NCBI GenBank assembly: GCA_963704435.1
Contig: OY969902.1
Location: forward strand, 690,001 to 722,000
Source: an uncultured archaeon
GTDB lineage: Archaea > Micrarchaeota > Micrarchaeia > Micrarchaeales > CABMGC01
DNA: 32,000 nucleotides
Direction: 5' to 3'
Under the pieces are notes generated by a model. The model made no database searches. It was not told the DNA's origin and saw only the letters and a program-made list of their open reading frames with translations. The first letter of the stretch is position 1; each line of letters starts with the position of its first letter. This document shows positions 1 to 7,854 of the stretch, piece after piece. The position numbers and the translations under genes are program-made.

Positions 1-877
1 CGGAATTGACATAAAGCACGTTGTTTCCTACCGGACCCACAGCGTTGTAGACGAGGAAGTTATAGGTATAGGGAGTCACTCCGCTGATAACGTTTGCGGT
101 TATCGTCTGAATCTGGTTAGCGTCTATGTAGGTCCGGGCATTGGTGAAGGAATTTGATGTCACGCCCTGGAACACGTAGGCGGCTATCGAAATTACTGTG
201 TTTGAAGCCGGCGTCGGCGCTGGCGCGATTGCATTGGCCGAATAGGTTCCTATCGCCAATGCGTTCACTGCGACCATCGCAGAGAGCACGTTGCCGTTCA
301 GGGAGTTCACCGTCGCAATGAAGTTTCCAGGGGCGTTTGTCGTATACGCGGTGAGGGCATTTCCCGCAGAGGCGAACGCGATCAGCACGAAGCTGTTGCT
401 CGTAGTGACTGTGTAGGTGAGGCTCAATGTATTTGAGGATATGGAGTTGGCTGTGTTCGCGGAGAAGACTCTCGCGTTGGAGTAGATTTCGTTGACTCCG
501 AAGCCAGTGAGGACGAGGTTATACGAGCCACCCCCGACGGGAGTATTGGCAAAGAAGTTACCGACATAACCTCCAAGGGCGTTGTAGCCTATGCTTGTGG
601 CATTGAAAACCGAAGTGCTCCCTGAGCCGAGCGCGTTGGAAGCGGTGTTGGAGGAAATCCAGTTGCTCGCAGCAGTCGTGACGCCGCTGCCTATTGCTGT
701 CATAGCTCCGCTCCAAAAGTATGTCGTCTGGCCCGAAGTCATTGTCAACTGGAGAGAGTTCGACGTCGTGGTATTCGCGGTTCCTACGACATAGAATACG
801 CTCGCCTGTGACCATTCAGCGAGGGAGAACAGCATAATTACAACAAGAAATAATGCTCTCCGCAGCTTATTCTCCAT
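1..877 (-). CDS. secreted Asn/Thr/Ser/Ala/Gly-rich surface protein, partial (3' end lies beyond window start)
   Basis: Absent from the ORF track because it has no stop inside the window. I translated the minus strand from the ATG at 877: MENKLRRALFLVVIMLFSLAEWSQASVFYVVGTANTTTSNSLQLTMTSGQTTYFWSG... I checked every codon down to position 2 and found no stop (292 codons). The N-terminus has a charged n-region plus a hydrophobic core, so it looks like a signal peptide. The body is low in charge and carries many N-x-S/T sequons. Confidence 0.6.
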   Translation of the reverse strand, partial: MENKLRRALFLVVIMLFSLAEWSQASVFYVVGTANTTTSNSLQLTMTSGQTTYFWSGAMTAIGSGVTTAASNWISSNTASNALGSGSTSVFNATSIGYNALGGYVGNFFANTPVGGGSYNLVLTGFGVNEIYSNARVFSANTANSISSNTLSLTYTVTTSNSFVLIAFASAGNALTAYTTNAPGNFIATVNSLNGNVLSAMVAVNALAIGTYSANAIAPAPTPASNTVISIAAYVFQGVTSNSFTNARTYIDANQIQTITANVISGVTPYTYNFLVYNAVGPVGNNVLYVNS

Positions 878-1015
878 CTTATCGCGCTCAAGGCCTCCTT
901 CAGTCGTAATATTAGGTCAATTTATATAAATCACATGCTTGGCAACAGAATAAACTTGCAAGTTGTCTCGCATGAATGCCTGGCCACTCTCTTATGACTG
1001 AATTGCAAAAGTAGG

Positions 1016-1115
1016 CGCCGGGATTGGGATTCGAACCCAAACTGCCCGCAAGGGCAACCAGATCTCGAGTTTCGCCACAAATTACTGGCGCGTTACCTGG
1101 TTCCGCCATCCCGGC
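1016..1115 (-). tRNA. tRNA-Ser(CGA) with a 14-nt insert (1071-1084) in the 5' strand of the anticodon stem
   Basis: Minus-strand read: GCCGGGA-UG-GCG-GAACCAGGUAA-CGC-G-CCAG[UAAUUUGUGGCGAA]A-CUCGAGA-UCUGG-UUGCCCUUGCGGGCAGU-UUGGG-UUCGAAU-CCCAA-UCCCGGC-G. It has a 7-bp acceptor stem, a canonical T arm, a 17-nt class II variable arm and discriminator G. Removing the bracketed 14 nt restores the stem CCAGA/UCUGG and the loop CUCGAGA. CCA is not encoded. Confidence 0.8.
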
Positions 1116-1138
1116 ACAACAGCTCTCTTATCAGCGGT

Positions 1139-1153
1139 AATTAATATTTTTAT
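1139..1153 (-). promoter_or_regulatory. AT-rich TATA-like box upstream of tRNA-Ser
   Basis: The minus strand reads ATAAAAATATTAAT about 24-38 nt upstream of the tRNA 5' end (1115), within otherwise GC-rich DNA. That is the spacing expected for an archaeal TATA box. The box could also serve the divergent GT2 gene. Confidence 0.4.
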
Positions 1154-1177
1154 CCAATCCTATTTATCTACCTGCGT

Positions 1178-2782
1178 TTGCCTGATGGCTGGCTTAAGCC
1201 GATGCATTGTGGTTCGATGGATAAGTCTTTCGTAAGGAGCATGCTTCCGCGGCTGCTGATAATGGTATTTTTCATCGTGCTCTCCGCGGTCGGGATAATA
1301 TTCTCCGCCTTCCTGCTGCTTACCGCGCAGAGCGATTACATGCGCCTGCTTGCGGTGTGCTTCGGCGCCCTGTCCGCGATATCCGGATTCCTGAACGTCG
1401 TGTCCGCTAATTTCTATTACCACTCCTACTTCTACGACTCCTATCTGGCAGAGCTGAAGAAGAGGCTCAAACCCACGCGCGCGTATCCGAGCGTGGCCAT
1501 CGCGATTCCCGTGTACAACGAGGATCCGGCTATGGTCGCGCGCAACCTGAAGAGGCTGAAGGAGCTAGACTACGCGAAGGGAAGGGTGAACTACTATCTG
1601 CTCGACGACTCTACAAATCCCGACACGAGGAGCAGCATCGAGGCATTGGCCCGGGAGAGCGGCGCGGGATACCTGCACCGGGACGTCAGGTCTGGGTTCA
1701 AGGCGGGCGCGCTGAACAACCTCTTGAACGGTCTGAGCGAGGAGTTCATCGCGGTCTTCGACGCCGACGAGCATCTGACTGACAGGAACTTCCTCAAGGA
1801 CCTGCTTCCATATTTCCAGGACAGGAGAGTCGCGTTCGTGCAAACCGAGAAGAGGTACGCGAAGGGGACGTTCTTCTCGGACAGCATCGACCTTTTCGAC
1901 GCAATATTCTTCAAGTTCATACAGACGTCTAGGGCGCTGCACGGCACCGCGATCTTCGGAGGCTCGTGCGGGATCATAAGGGTCTCGGCGCTGAGGGCGA
2001 TGGGTGGGTTCCCCGAGTTCATAACCGAGGACACGTTCTTCAGCTTCGAGTCGGACATGAACTCATTCAAGAGCGTCTACGTGCCGAAGGTCTACGCGCT
2101 CGGAAGGCCGATAACCACCTTCACCGACCTCGCGAGGCAGCAGTGGCGCTACAACTACGGGGATACGCAGTTCCTGCTCTACATGTTCAACGTGTTCAAC
2201 AGGAGCGAGCGCGGGAAGAAGCGGGCCATGCCGGCCGTGTCGAAGATAGACTACATGGCCCACGGCTTCGGGCTCAACTACCTATCCGTGGTGCTCATAA
2301 TGTTCACGCTGGTGTCGATGCTGACCGTCCTCTCGGCTGCGCCCTTCGCGTTCGTCTCCCTGCAGCAGATACTGCTCATGAAGTATCCTGTGGTGAACAT
2401 GGAGATCCTTGCCCTACTGACGTTCTCGCTCTCGCTGCTCACGCCTGCAGTGATAACGAAGGTCTATTTCGGCTCCTTCTCGAAGGGCGTGATGGTGTTC
2501 GTGCTCAACTTCGCGCTCTCGTTCACCCGGCTCAGGGCAGCCATCGCCGCGGTGCTCAACAACAACCCGGTCCGGAGCTGGATAAAGGGCGATGGCCTGA
2601 GGAGCGGAAGGAGGATGGCAGTGTCCCTGAGCAACTCGGCCGCGGAGCTGGCGTTCTCCGGAATCCTCTTCGTTGGCGGAATGGTGGCCCTTGTCGCGAG
2701 CAACCTGTCGGGCGCGCTGTGGCTATTCTGGTACGCGGCGCTCTACAGCACGACGTTCATTTTCTTCTTCAAGTACGGGTAG
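1178..2782 (+). CDS. family 2 glycosyltransferase, processive cellulose/chitin-synthase-like, multi-pass membrane protein
   Basis: 534-aa ORF. GT2 motifs appear in order: VAIAIPVYNED, LLDDSTN, FDADEHL, ITEDTFFS (TED) and RQQWRY (a QxxRW variant). Hydrophobic helices lie at the N-terminus and across the C-terminal ~200 aa. The track start is TTG at 1178. In-frame ATGs at 1202 and 1217 are equally possible. Confidence 0.85.
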   Translation: MPDGWLKPMHCGSMDKSFVRSMLPRLLIMVFFIVLSAVGIIFSAFLLLTAQSDYMRLLAVCFGALSAISGFLNVVSANFYYHSYFYDSYLAELKKRLKPTRAYPSVAIAIPVYNEDPAMVARNLKRLKELDYAKGRVNYYLLDDSTNPDTRSSIEALARESGAGYLHRDVRSGFKAGALNNLLNGLSEEFIAVFDADEHLTDRNFLKDLLPYFQDRRVAFVQTEKRYAKGTFFSDSIDLFDAIFFKFIQTSRALHGTAIFGGSCGIIRVSALRAMGGFPEFITEDTFFSFESDMNSFKSVYVPKVYALGRPITTFTDLARQQWRYNYGDTQFLLYMFNVFNRSERGKKRAMPAVSKIDYMAHGFGLNYLSVVLIMFTLVSMLTVLSAAPFAFVSLQQILLMKYPVVNMEILALLTFSLSLLTPAVITKVYFGSFSKGVMVFVLNFALSFTRLRAAIAAVLNNNPVRSWIKGDGLRSGRRMAVSLSNSAAELAFSGILFVGGMVALVASNLSGALWLFWYAALYSTTFIFFFKYG

Positions 2783-2788
2783 TTTGGT

Positions 2789-3097
2789 ATGATCTTCATC
2801 AAGAAATACACGACCGATAACGGCGACCTAGTCGCGATGTGCGACGAGGAGCTGCTGGGCCGGGTGCTAAGCGGGGGGAAGATCGTCGTAGACCTCGCGA
2901 GGTACGCGTCGTTCTACAAGGGAGAGCTCATAAGCGAGCCCGAGGCGAAAAAGAGGATCAGCGCGGAGGACATCTTCTCGGCGAACGTCGTGGGCGAGAG
3001 GTCCGTGGCGGTGCTCGTAGAGCTGGGAATCGTTACCCGCGGCAGCGTCGTGATGCTGGGCGAGGTTCCCTTCATCCAGGTGTACAAGACCGCCTAG
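2789..3097 (+). CDS. DUF424-like small conserved archaeal protein
   Basis: 102-aa ORF with typical codon usage. The pattern LVAMCDEELLG...FYKGE...NVVGERSV...GEVPFIQVY matches my recollection of the DUF424 family. The family call is from memory, not a search. Confidence 0.6.
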   Translation: MIFIKKYTTDNGDLVAMCDEELLGRVLSGGKIVVDLARYASFYKGELISEPEAKKRISAEDIFSANVVGERSVAVLVELGIVTRGSVVMLGEVPFIQVYKTA

Positions 3098-3102
3098 CCG
3101 CG

Positions 3103-3438
3103 CTACTCCTTGAGCCGGATTATCGCTTCGGCCATGTCCCCTTGGGTCTCCTCAAGGGCCTTCCTGGCGGCCTCGGCGTCCGCGCCAGTCTGCTCCTGCA
3201 CGAACTTCACATCGTCGTCGCTTATCTCCACAGCTACCCTGTCGACCTCGCTTATCCTGCCGGTTATCTGGAATGTCCTCATCCCCTGGCCCTCTATGAG
3301 GGTGACCTCGGGCTCCTCGACCACTATGTCCTTGTCGCCGCACTCTATGACGACCCTCTTGCTCGCTATGCTACTGCTCTTTATGCCGAGCTTGTCGAGC
3401 ATGCCCTTGAGGGCCCTCGGATCCATTGCTGGGAACAC
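3103..3438 (-). CDS. nac: nascent polypeptide-associated complex protein (archaeal NAC, NAC plus UBA domains)
   Basis: MFPAMDPRALKGMLDKLGIK... is the typical archaeal NAC N-terminus, and the C-terminal AARKALEETQGDMAEAIIRL is UBA-like. The start is GTG at 3438, preceded by AGGTG at a 5-nt spacing. Confidence 0.85.
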   Translation of the reverse strand: MFPAMDPRALKGMLDKLGIKSSSIASKRVVIECGDKDIVVEEPEVTLIEGQGMRTFQITGRISEVDRVAVEISDDDVKFVQEQTGADAEAARKALEETQGDMAEAIIRLKE

Positions 3439-3477
3439 TATCGCACCTGCTGGGGTTCGGTCGGGGTTGAAGGCGCC

Positions 3478-3495
3478 GGGCGGACGTATCCGCCC
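3478..3495 (-). promoter_or_regulatory. GC-rich hairpin between rpl12 stop and nac start
   Basis: GGGCGGA-cgta-TCCGCCC is a perfect 7-bp stem with a 4-nt loop. It sits 9 nt downstream of the P1 stop and 40 nt upstream of the nac start. Its function is not established. Confidence 0.3.
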
Positions 3496-3503
3496 AGGCG
3501 GAA

Positions 3504-3803
3504 TCAGCCGAACAGGCTGGCAAGCCCGCTGGCGGCCTCCTCCTCGCTCTTCTTCTCCTCTTCCTTCTTGTGCTTCTCCTCCTTCGCGGCAGGGGCAGCG
3601 GCGGCCGCTGCAGGCGCAGCCTGCATGACCTGGGCGTTCTTTATCACTTCCTTTATGTTAACGCCCTTGAGGGAGCTGACAACCGACTTCGCCATCGCTT
3701 CATCGGGCGCCATGCCCGCAGCCTTTATGACGCTCTTTATGTTCTCTTCGTTCAATTCCTTTCCCGCTGCATCCAATAGAAGAGCGGCGTATATGTATTC
3801 CAT
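3504..3803 (-). CDS. rpl12: 50S ribosomal stalk protein P1 (L12e)
   Basis: [23 protein letters not shown]..., followed by an Ala/Glu/Lys hinge and the conserved tail SGLASLFG. I prefer ATG 3803, which is preceded by AGGTGA at a 4-nt spacing, over the track's upstream start at 3842. Confidence 0.9.
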   Translation of the reverse strand: MEYIYAALLLDAAGKELNEENIKSVIKAAGMAPDEAMAKSVVSSLKGVNIKEVIKNAQVMQAAPAAAAAAPAAKEEKHKKEEEKKSEEEAASGLASLFG

Positions 3804-3828
3804 AAATTCACCTAATCGTAAACTGCAA

Positions 3829-4674
3829 TCATTCCTCGGCACCGGATTCGGCCGATACCGCGTCCGCCTGGGCGGCCGCGTTGGCCAGTAGCATCTTCGT
3901 TATCTCGGGCTCCGGTATCTTCGCCTCCATCCCGAGCGCAAGGGCGCTCCTGTACGCGCGCGCCGTAAGGATCTCCGCGTTGTACCTGTTGACCATCCCG
4001 ATCTCGATGCTGAGCGCGAGCGCCTCCCTGAAGATCCTCGTCGCCTCGCGCCTGACGAAGTCCTCGTCCATGCCCAGCGCCGCCTCCCCGTACAGCAGCC
4101 CGCCGGAGAGCGCGACCTTCAGCTTCGGCGCGACCTCGAACGGCTTTATGTCGAGTATCTTGAGCGCGTTCGCGACAGCCCCGCTTATCTTCTCGCCCTT
4201 CTTCACGAGCACCTTGCCCTTCGCGATGACGACCTTGCCCTTGTCTATCTTCACGTCGATTCCGCCGGCCTTCAGGTCGGTCACGGTCTGGCCCGGAGCC
4301 ACGCTGGTCTCGCCCGGCTCTATGCTTATGTCCTCAGGGGAGACCTGGTTCGGCTTCGCGGCCAGCTTGAGCCTGTTGGCGCGAATCATGTTGTAGAGCT
4401 CCATCGGCTCCCCGTTTGAAAGTATAAGCGCGACGTTGCCTGAAAGGTCGCCTGAGAGCTTCTCGAACCCGCTCTCGCTCAGCGCCCTGCTGAGCAGCGT
4501 CTTCCTGGCTATGACCATCTTCGAGCCGTGCTTGAGCTCGTTCCTCACCTTCTGCAGCAGCCGGTCGGGTATCCCCTCGGTCGCCATGACCGCGATGGTC
4601 TTGTGCGACTTGAGCTCGCTCTTGAGCCTGTCAACGAGTTCAACCTTCTGGGCCTTTATCATCGTCATGTTCAC
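3829..4674 (-). CDS. rpl10: 50S ribosomal stalk protein P0 (L10e), short form lacking the acidic C-terminal tail
   Basis: 281 aa. The N-terminal L10 domain ([23 protein letters not shown]...) and the archaeal insertion domain are both recognisable. It lies in the order L1-P0-P1, and its start overlaps the L1 stop (ATGA). Confidence 0.9.
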   Translation of the reverse strand: MNMTMIKAQKVELVDRLKSELKSHKTIAVMATEGIPDRLLQKVRNELKHGSKMVIARKTLLSRALSESGFEKLSGDLSGNVALILSNGEPMELYNMIRANRLKLAAKPNQVSPEDISIEPGETSVAPGQTVTDLKAGGIDVKIDKGKVVIAKGKVLVKKGEKISGAVANALKILDIKPFEVAPKLKVALSGGLLYGEAALGMDEDFVRREATRIFREALALSIEIGMVNRYNAEILTARAYRSALALGMEAKIPEPEITKMLLANAAAQADAVSAESGAEE

Positions 4675-5309
4675 ACCAGCTTCAGGGGCTTGCTCATCGT
4701 AAGCTTGACGTAGACCGACCTTACGTGGTGGACTCCGGCCTTCTTGGTCACGCTCCCGACGACCTCCTTTATGTTGTCAAACGTCTTCCTTGCTTCCATC
4801 TTCTCGCTCCCGACCACGCAGTGCACCGTAGGCAGGAACTTGCCCTTGTTCTTTATCGGTATGCTCCTGTTTATCTCGTTGGACATCTTGGTCAGGTCCT
4901 GGATGTTGGGCAGCGGCTTCGGCATCTTGTTCCTGGGCCCCAGGAATGGACCGAGGTACCTGGCTATCGTAGGCATGAGGCTCATCTGCGAAACGAGCAC
5001 GTACTTCAGCAGCGATGCCAGCTTCTCCTTGTCGTTGGCCATCCCCGCTATGGCGCTGCCCTCTATCACTTCTATCCCGCTGGCGCGCGCCTTCTCCACG
5101 AGGTCCTTGTCGGTCGCGAAGATCGCTATCTTGCTCTCCTTGCCCTTCCCGTTGGGAAGCGTTATGTCAAGGTTGAGCCGGTTGTTGGGCTTCGTGAAAT
5201 CGAGGCCCCTGAAGTTTATCGCGAGCTCCACGCTCTGCTCGAACTTCCTCTTGCCCCGGTTCTCCTCCAGGAACTTCTCGAACTCGGCGTATCGGTCTTC
5301 AAGTGCCAT
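4671..5309 (-). CDS. rpl1: 50S ribosomal protein L1
   Basis: 212 aa with an L1-family pattern (FEQSVELAINFRGLDFTKPNNRLNLDITLPNGKG...). GGAGGGG lies 4 nt upstream of the ATG. Confidence 0.9.
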   Translation of the reverse strand: MALEDRYAEFEKFLEENRGKRKFEQSVELAINFRGLDFTKPNNRLNLDITLPNGKGKESKIAIFATDKDLVEKARASGIEVIEGSAIAGMANDKEKLASLLKYVLVSQMSLMPTIARYLGPFLGPRNKMPKPLPNIQDLTKMSNEINRSIPIKNKGKFLPTVHCVVGSEKMEARKTFDNIKEVVGSVTKKAGVHHVRSVYVKLTMSKPLKLV

Positions 5310-5394
5310 GTAACCCCTCCTGCATAATGCAGTGCTTGCGGGAAAACAAGTAAGAATAATTTGCCAGAGAAGGAATAAATAGCTTTTGCAACGC

Positions 5395-5422
5395 GCCGCG
5401 AGTTGCGCGGCCGGGGCCGCGC
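5395..5422 (-). promoter_or_regulatory. two overlapping, mutually exclusive GC hairpins upstream of the rpl1 promoter/leader
   Basis: Hairpin A is GCCGCG (5395-5400), a 5-nt loop, then CGCGGC (5406-5411). Hairpin B is GCGCGGCC (5405-5412), GG, then GGCCGCGC (5415-5422). They share 5406-5411. They sit just after the stop (5429-5431) of the upstream 303-aa gene. Confidence 0.3.
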
Positions 5423-5428
5423 AATCGG

Positions 5429-6340
5429 TTATGCGACCTCCAGCCTCCCATCGCCGTAAGACCTTAGACTTCCTACAAGCATCATCAGCAGCTCCTCTCT
5501 CTGGCCTTCATCGACTATGCCTACCTTTTTCGCCGCACCTCGCACGTAGCTCTGCAGGTTTGTCCCCACATACCTGCCCCACTTTCTCATCTGTTCCGGA
5601 TATTTCTCATAATCCCTCCTATATGGCTCTGGCACGCTGCTCGCGATGGCAGTTGCCTTTTCCTCGCCTTTCTCGATTATGCTCATGGCTACGGGCAGGA
5701 TTTCGTCCTTCAGGTTCTTCGGGTCGTTTAGGTACTCGATTGCAATCGGGTAGACGACCCCCCTTATCCGCTTTTCTACACAGGCTACCGCATTGACCTG
5801 CGTCGCGATAAGGTAGCTTAGGCTTGTTATGTTCATCTTCCTGCCCTGCACTGTTACCGTCTGGAAGGGCTCCATCAGCCTTTTGTCCACAGGTATCACT
5901 CCGACGCCAGTGCCTTCGGTGAAGATGTCGACTTTGCCCAAGAAATCCATACTACCCTTTCCCCCAGAAAGCTTGATCTCAGTGAGCGGGGATTCGATGT
6001 TTATGGTGGTCGGCTCTCCCATCGTGCCATACCTTACGAGATGGTGCAGTATCAGATGCTGCTCCTCTACCGTAAGCCCGCACCTTTTTGCGACATTTTC
6101 CACCTTCTCCCTGGTAGCGATGATGTCCGCATCGACCGAGTAGCGCAGATATGGGCCGAGCTCCTTTGGCGTAAGCAATTTTATCGGGGTGCTTCCGACG
6201 TAATATATTTCGCCCATCAAGTCAGGCCTGCCCAAATCGCATGTCTTTAGGGCTATGTCCAGCTCAGCTCGGTGCGCCATATTTTCAATCGCCAATCCAC
6301 CACGCATAATATGATTTACGTTTCCGACGTTTATAAGCAT
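5429..6340 (-). CDS. conserved-looking hypothetical protein (303 aa), family not recognised
   Basis: A long ORF with no competing gene on either strand and a balanced, globular-looking composition. I could not assign a family from the sequence. It is visibly less GC-rich than the neighbouring r-protein genes. Confidence 0.7.
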   Translation of the reverse strand: MLINVGNVNHIMRGGLAIENMAHRAELDIALKTCDLGRPDLMGEIYYVGSTPIKLLTPKELGPYLRYSVDADIIATREKVENVAKRCGLTVEEQHLILHHLVRYGTMGEPTTINIESPLTEIKLSGGKGSMDFLGKVDIFTEGTGVGVIPVDKRLMEPFQTVTVQGRKMNITSLSYLIATQVNAVACVEKRIRGVVYPIAIEYLNDPKNLKDEILPVAMSIIEKGEEKATAIASSVPEPYRRDYEKYPEQMRKWGRYVGTNLQSYVRGAAKKVGIVDEGQREELLMMLVGSLRSYGDGRLEVA

Positions 6341-6582
6341 TTTTCAGTATATTTTCTGGCCTGCAGGCATTAAACTGTAAGAAATGCTTCTTAAGCATTC
6401 CGTGCGAGCTTGCATTGGACTCACCCGCGCCTTCCCTGGCAGTTCTGGCCAGCGCCGGAAGCTACCGTCGATTTCCATACAAACCTTTAAATAAGTTCTT
6501 TGGCAATAACCATATTGACTAGGGGCGCGTCCTCTAATTCTGCGCGCTGACTTAATCACATCATACTTAATCGGTAGATTTT

Positions 6583-7854
6583 ATGGCAGAGAAACCGCAC
6601 ATGAATTTGATCTTCATAGGGCACGTCGACCACGGAAAGTCGACCACAGTGGGAAGGCTCCTCTACGACACCGGAGCCGTGAGCGAGCAGGACATGAAGA
6701 AGATGAAGGACGAGGCGCTGAAGCTGAACAAGCCAACGTTCGAGTTCGCGTTCTTCATGGACGAGCTGAAGGAAGAGAGGGAGAGGGGAATCACGATAGA
6801 CATAGCCCACAAGGACTTCAAGACCGCGAAGTACTACTTCACGATAATCGACGCCCCTGGCCACAAGGACTTCGTAAAGAACATGATCACCGGAGCCAGC
6901 CAGGCAGACGCTGCGGTCCTGGTAGTCGCAGCCCCCGAGGGACCCCAGTCGCAGACCAGGGAGCATGCGTTCCTCGCGAAGGTCCTTGGAGTCAACCAGC
7001 TCATAGTCGGGATCAACAAGATGGATGCTTGCAACTACGACAGGCAGAAGTACGAGGATGCCAAGCAGAAGCTGACGACGATGCTGAAGGCGATAGGCTA
7101 CGACGTGACGAAGATACCTTTCATACCCTACTCCGCATACACCGACGAGAACGTCTCGAAGGGGAGCGAGAAGATGAACTGGTACAGCGGACCGACGATA
7201 CTTGCCGCGCTCGACAACCTGGTAGTGCCGCCTAAGCCCACGGACAAGCCGCTGAGGCTGCCGATCCAGGACGTTTACAGCGTATCTGGCTTCGGGACCG
7301 TTCCTGTAGGGAGGGTCGAGACAGGGATAATGAGGCCGGGAGACCAGATAATAATAATGCCAGGCGGTGTCAGGACCGACGTCAAGAGCATCGAGATGCA
7401 CCACCAGCAGCTTGAGAAGGCCGAGCCCGGAGACAACATCGGGTTCAACATAAAGGGCGTAGACAAGAAGCTCATAAGGAGGGGAGACGTAGTCGGCCCT
7501 GCCAGCAACCCGCCTACGGTAGCGGAGGAGTTCACGGCGCAAATCGTCGTGATAGACCACCCGACCGCGATAGCGCCGGGATACAGCCCTGTGTTCCACA
7601 TACACACGATGCAGATGGCGGCCACGATAACCGAGATACTTGAGAAGAAGGACCCGAAGACCGGCCAGACGCTGCAGAAGAACCCCGAGTTCATAAAGAC
7701 AGGCGACGTGGCGATCGTGAAGGTGAAGCCGAGCAAGCCCGCCGTAGTCGAGAAATACAGTGAGTTCCCGCCTTTGGGCAGGTTCGCGATAAGGGACATG
7801 GGTCAGACGGTCGCAGCCGGCGTAGTCCTTGATGTTGTGAAGAAGGCGGCTTGA
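6583..7854 (+). CDS. tuf: translation elongation factor EF-1alpha
   Basis: GHVDHGKSTTVGRLL (P-loop), DAPGHKDF and NKMD GTPase motifs, with full-length similarity to the aEF-1alpha pattern. 423 aa. Confidence 0.97.
   Translation: MAEKPHMNLIFIGHVDHGKSTTVGRLLYDTGAVSEQDMKKMKDEALKLNKPTFEFAFFMDELKEERERGITIDIAHKDFKTAKYYFTIIDAPGHKDFVKNMITGASQADAAVLVVAAPEGPQSQTREHAFLAKVLGVNQLIVGINKMDACNYDRQKYEDAKQKLTTMLKAIGYDVTKIPFIPYSAYTDENVSKGSEKMNWYSGPTILAALDNLVVPPKPTDKPLRLPIQDVYSVSGFGTVPVGRVETGIMRPGDQIIIMPGGVRTDVKSIEMHHQQLEKAEPGDNIGFNIKGVDKKLIRRGDVVGPASNPPTVAEEFTAQIVVIDHPTAIAPGYSPVFHIHTMQMAATITEILEKKDPKTGQTLQKNPEFIKTGDVAIVKVKPSKPAVVEKYSEFPPLGRFAIRDMGQTVAAGVVLDVVKKAA

Noticed and set aside
912-1109. 65-aa ORF overlapping tRNA-Ser, and a 73-aa ORF (19048-19269) overlapping tRNA-Trp
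   Set aside because: These sequences fold into complete tRNA cloverleaves, so the ORFs are incidental.
1966-2820. 284-aa alternative-frame ORF inside the GT2 gene. Similar long alternative-frame or antisense ORFs occur at 9658-10485, 13646-14512, 4725-5327, 8792-9349, 11134-11643, 16080-16541, 20256-20657, 23235-23906, 25851-26324 and 29214-29657.
   Set aside because: All lie within or opposite genes that have clear family motifs. Their products are Arg/His/Pro/Gly-rich with no recognisable domains. This is expected for GC-rich DNA with biased third positions.
2839-3891. 350-aa plus-strand ORF spanning the DUF424, nac and rpl12 regions
   Set aside because: It runs out of frame through one real gene and antisense through two others. 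It has an Arg/Gly/Ala-rich nonsense composition.
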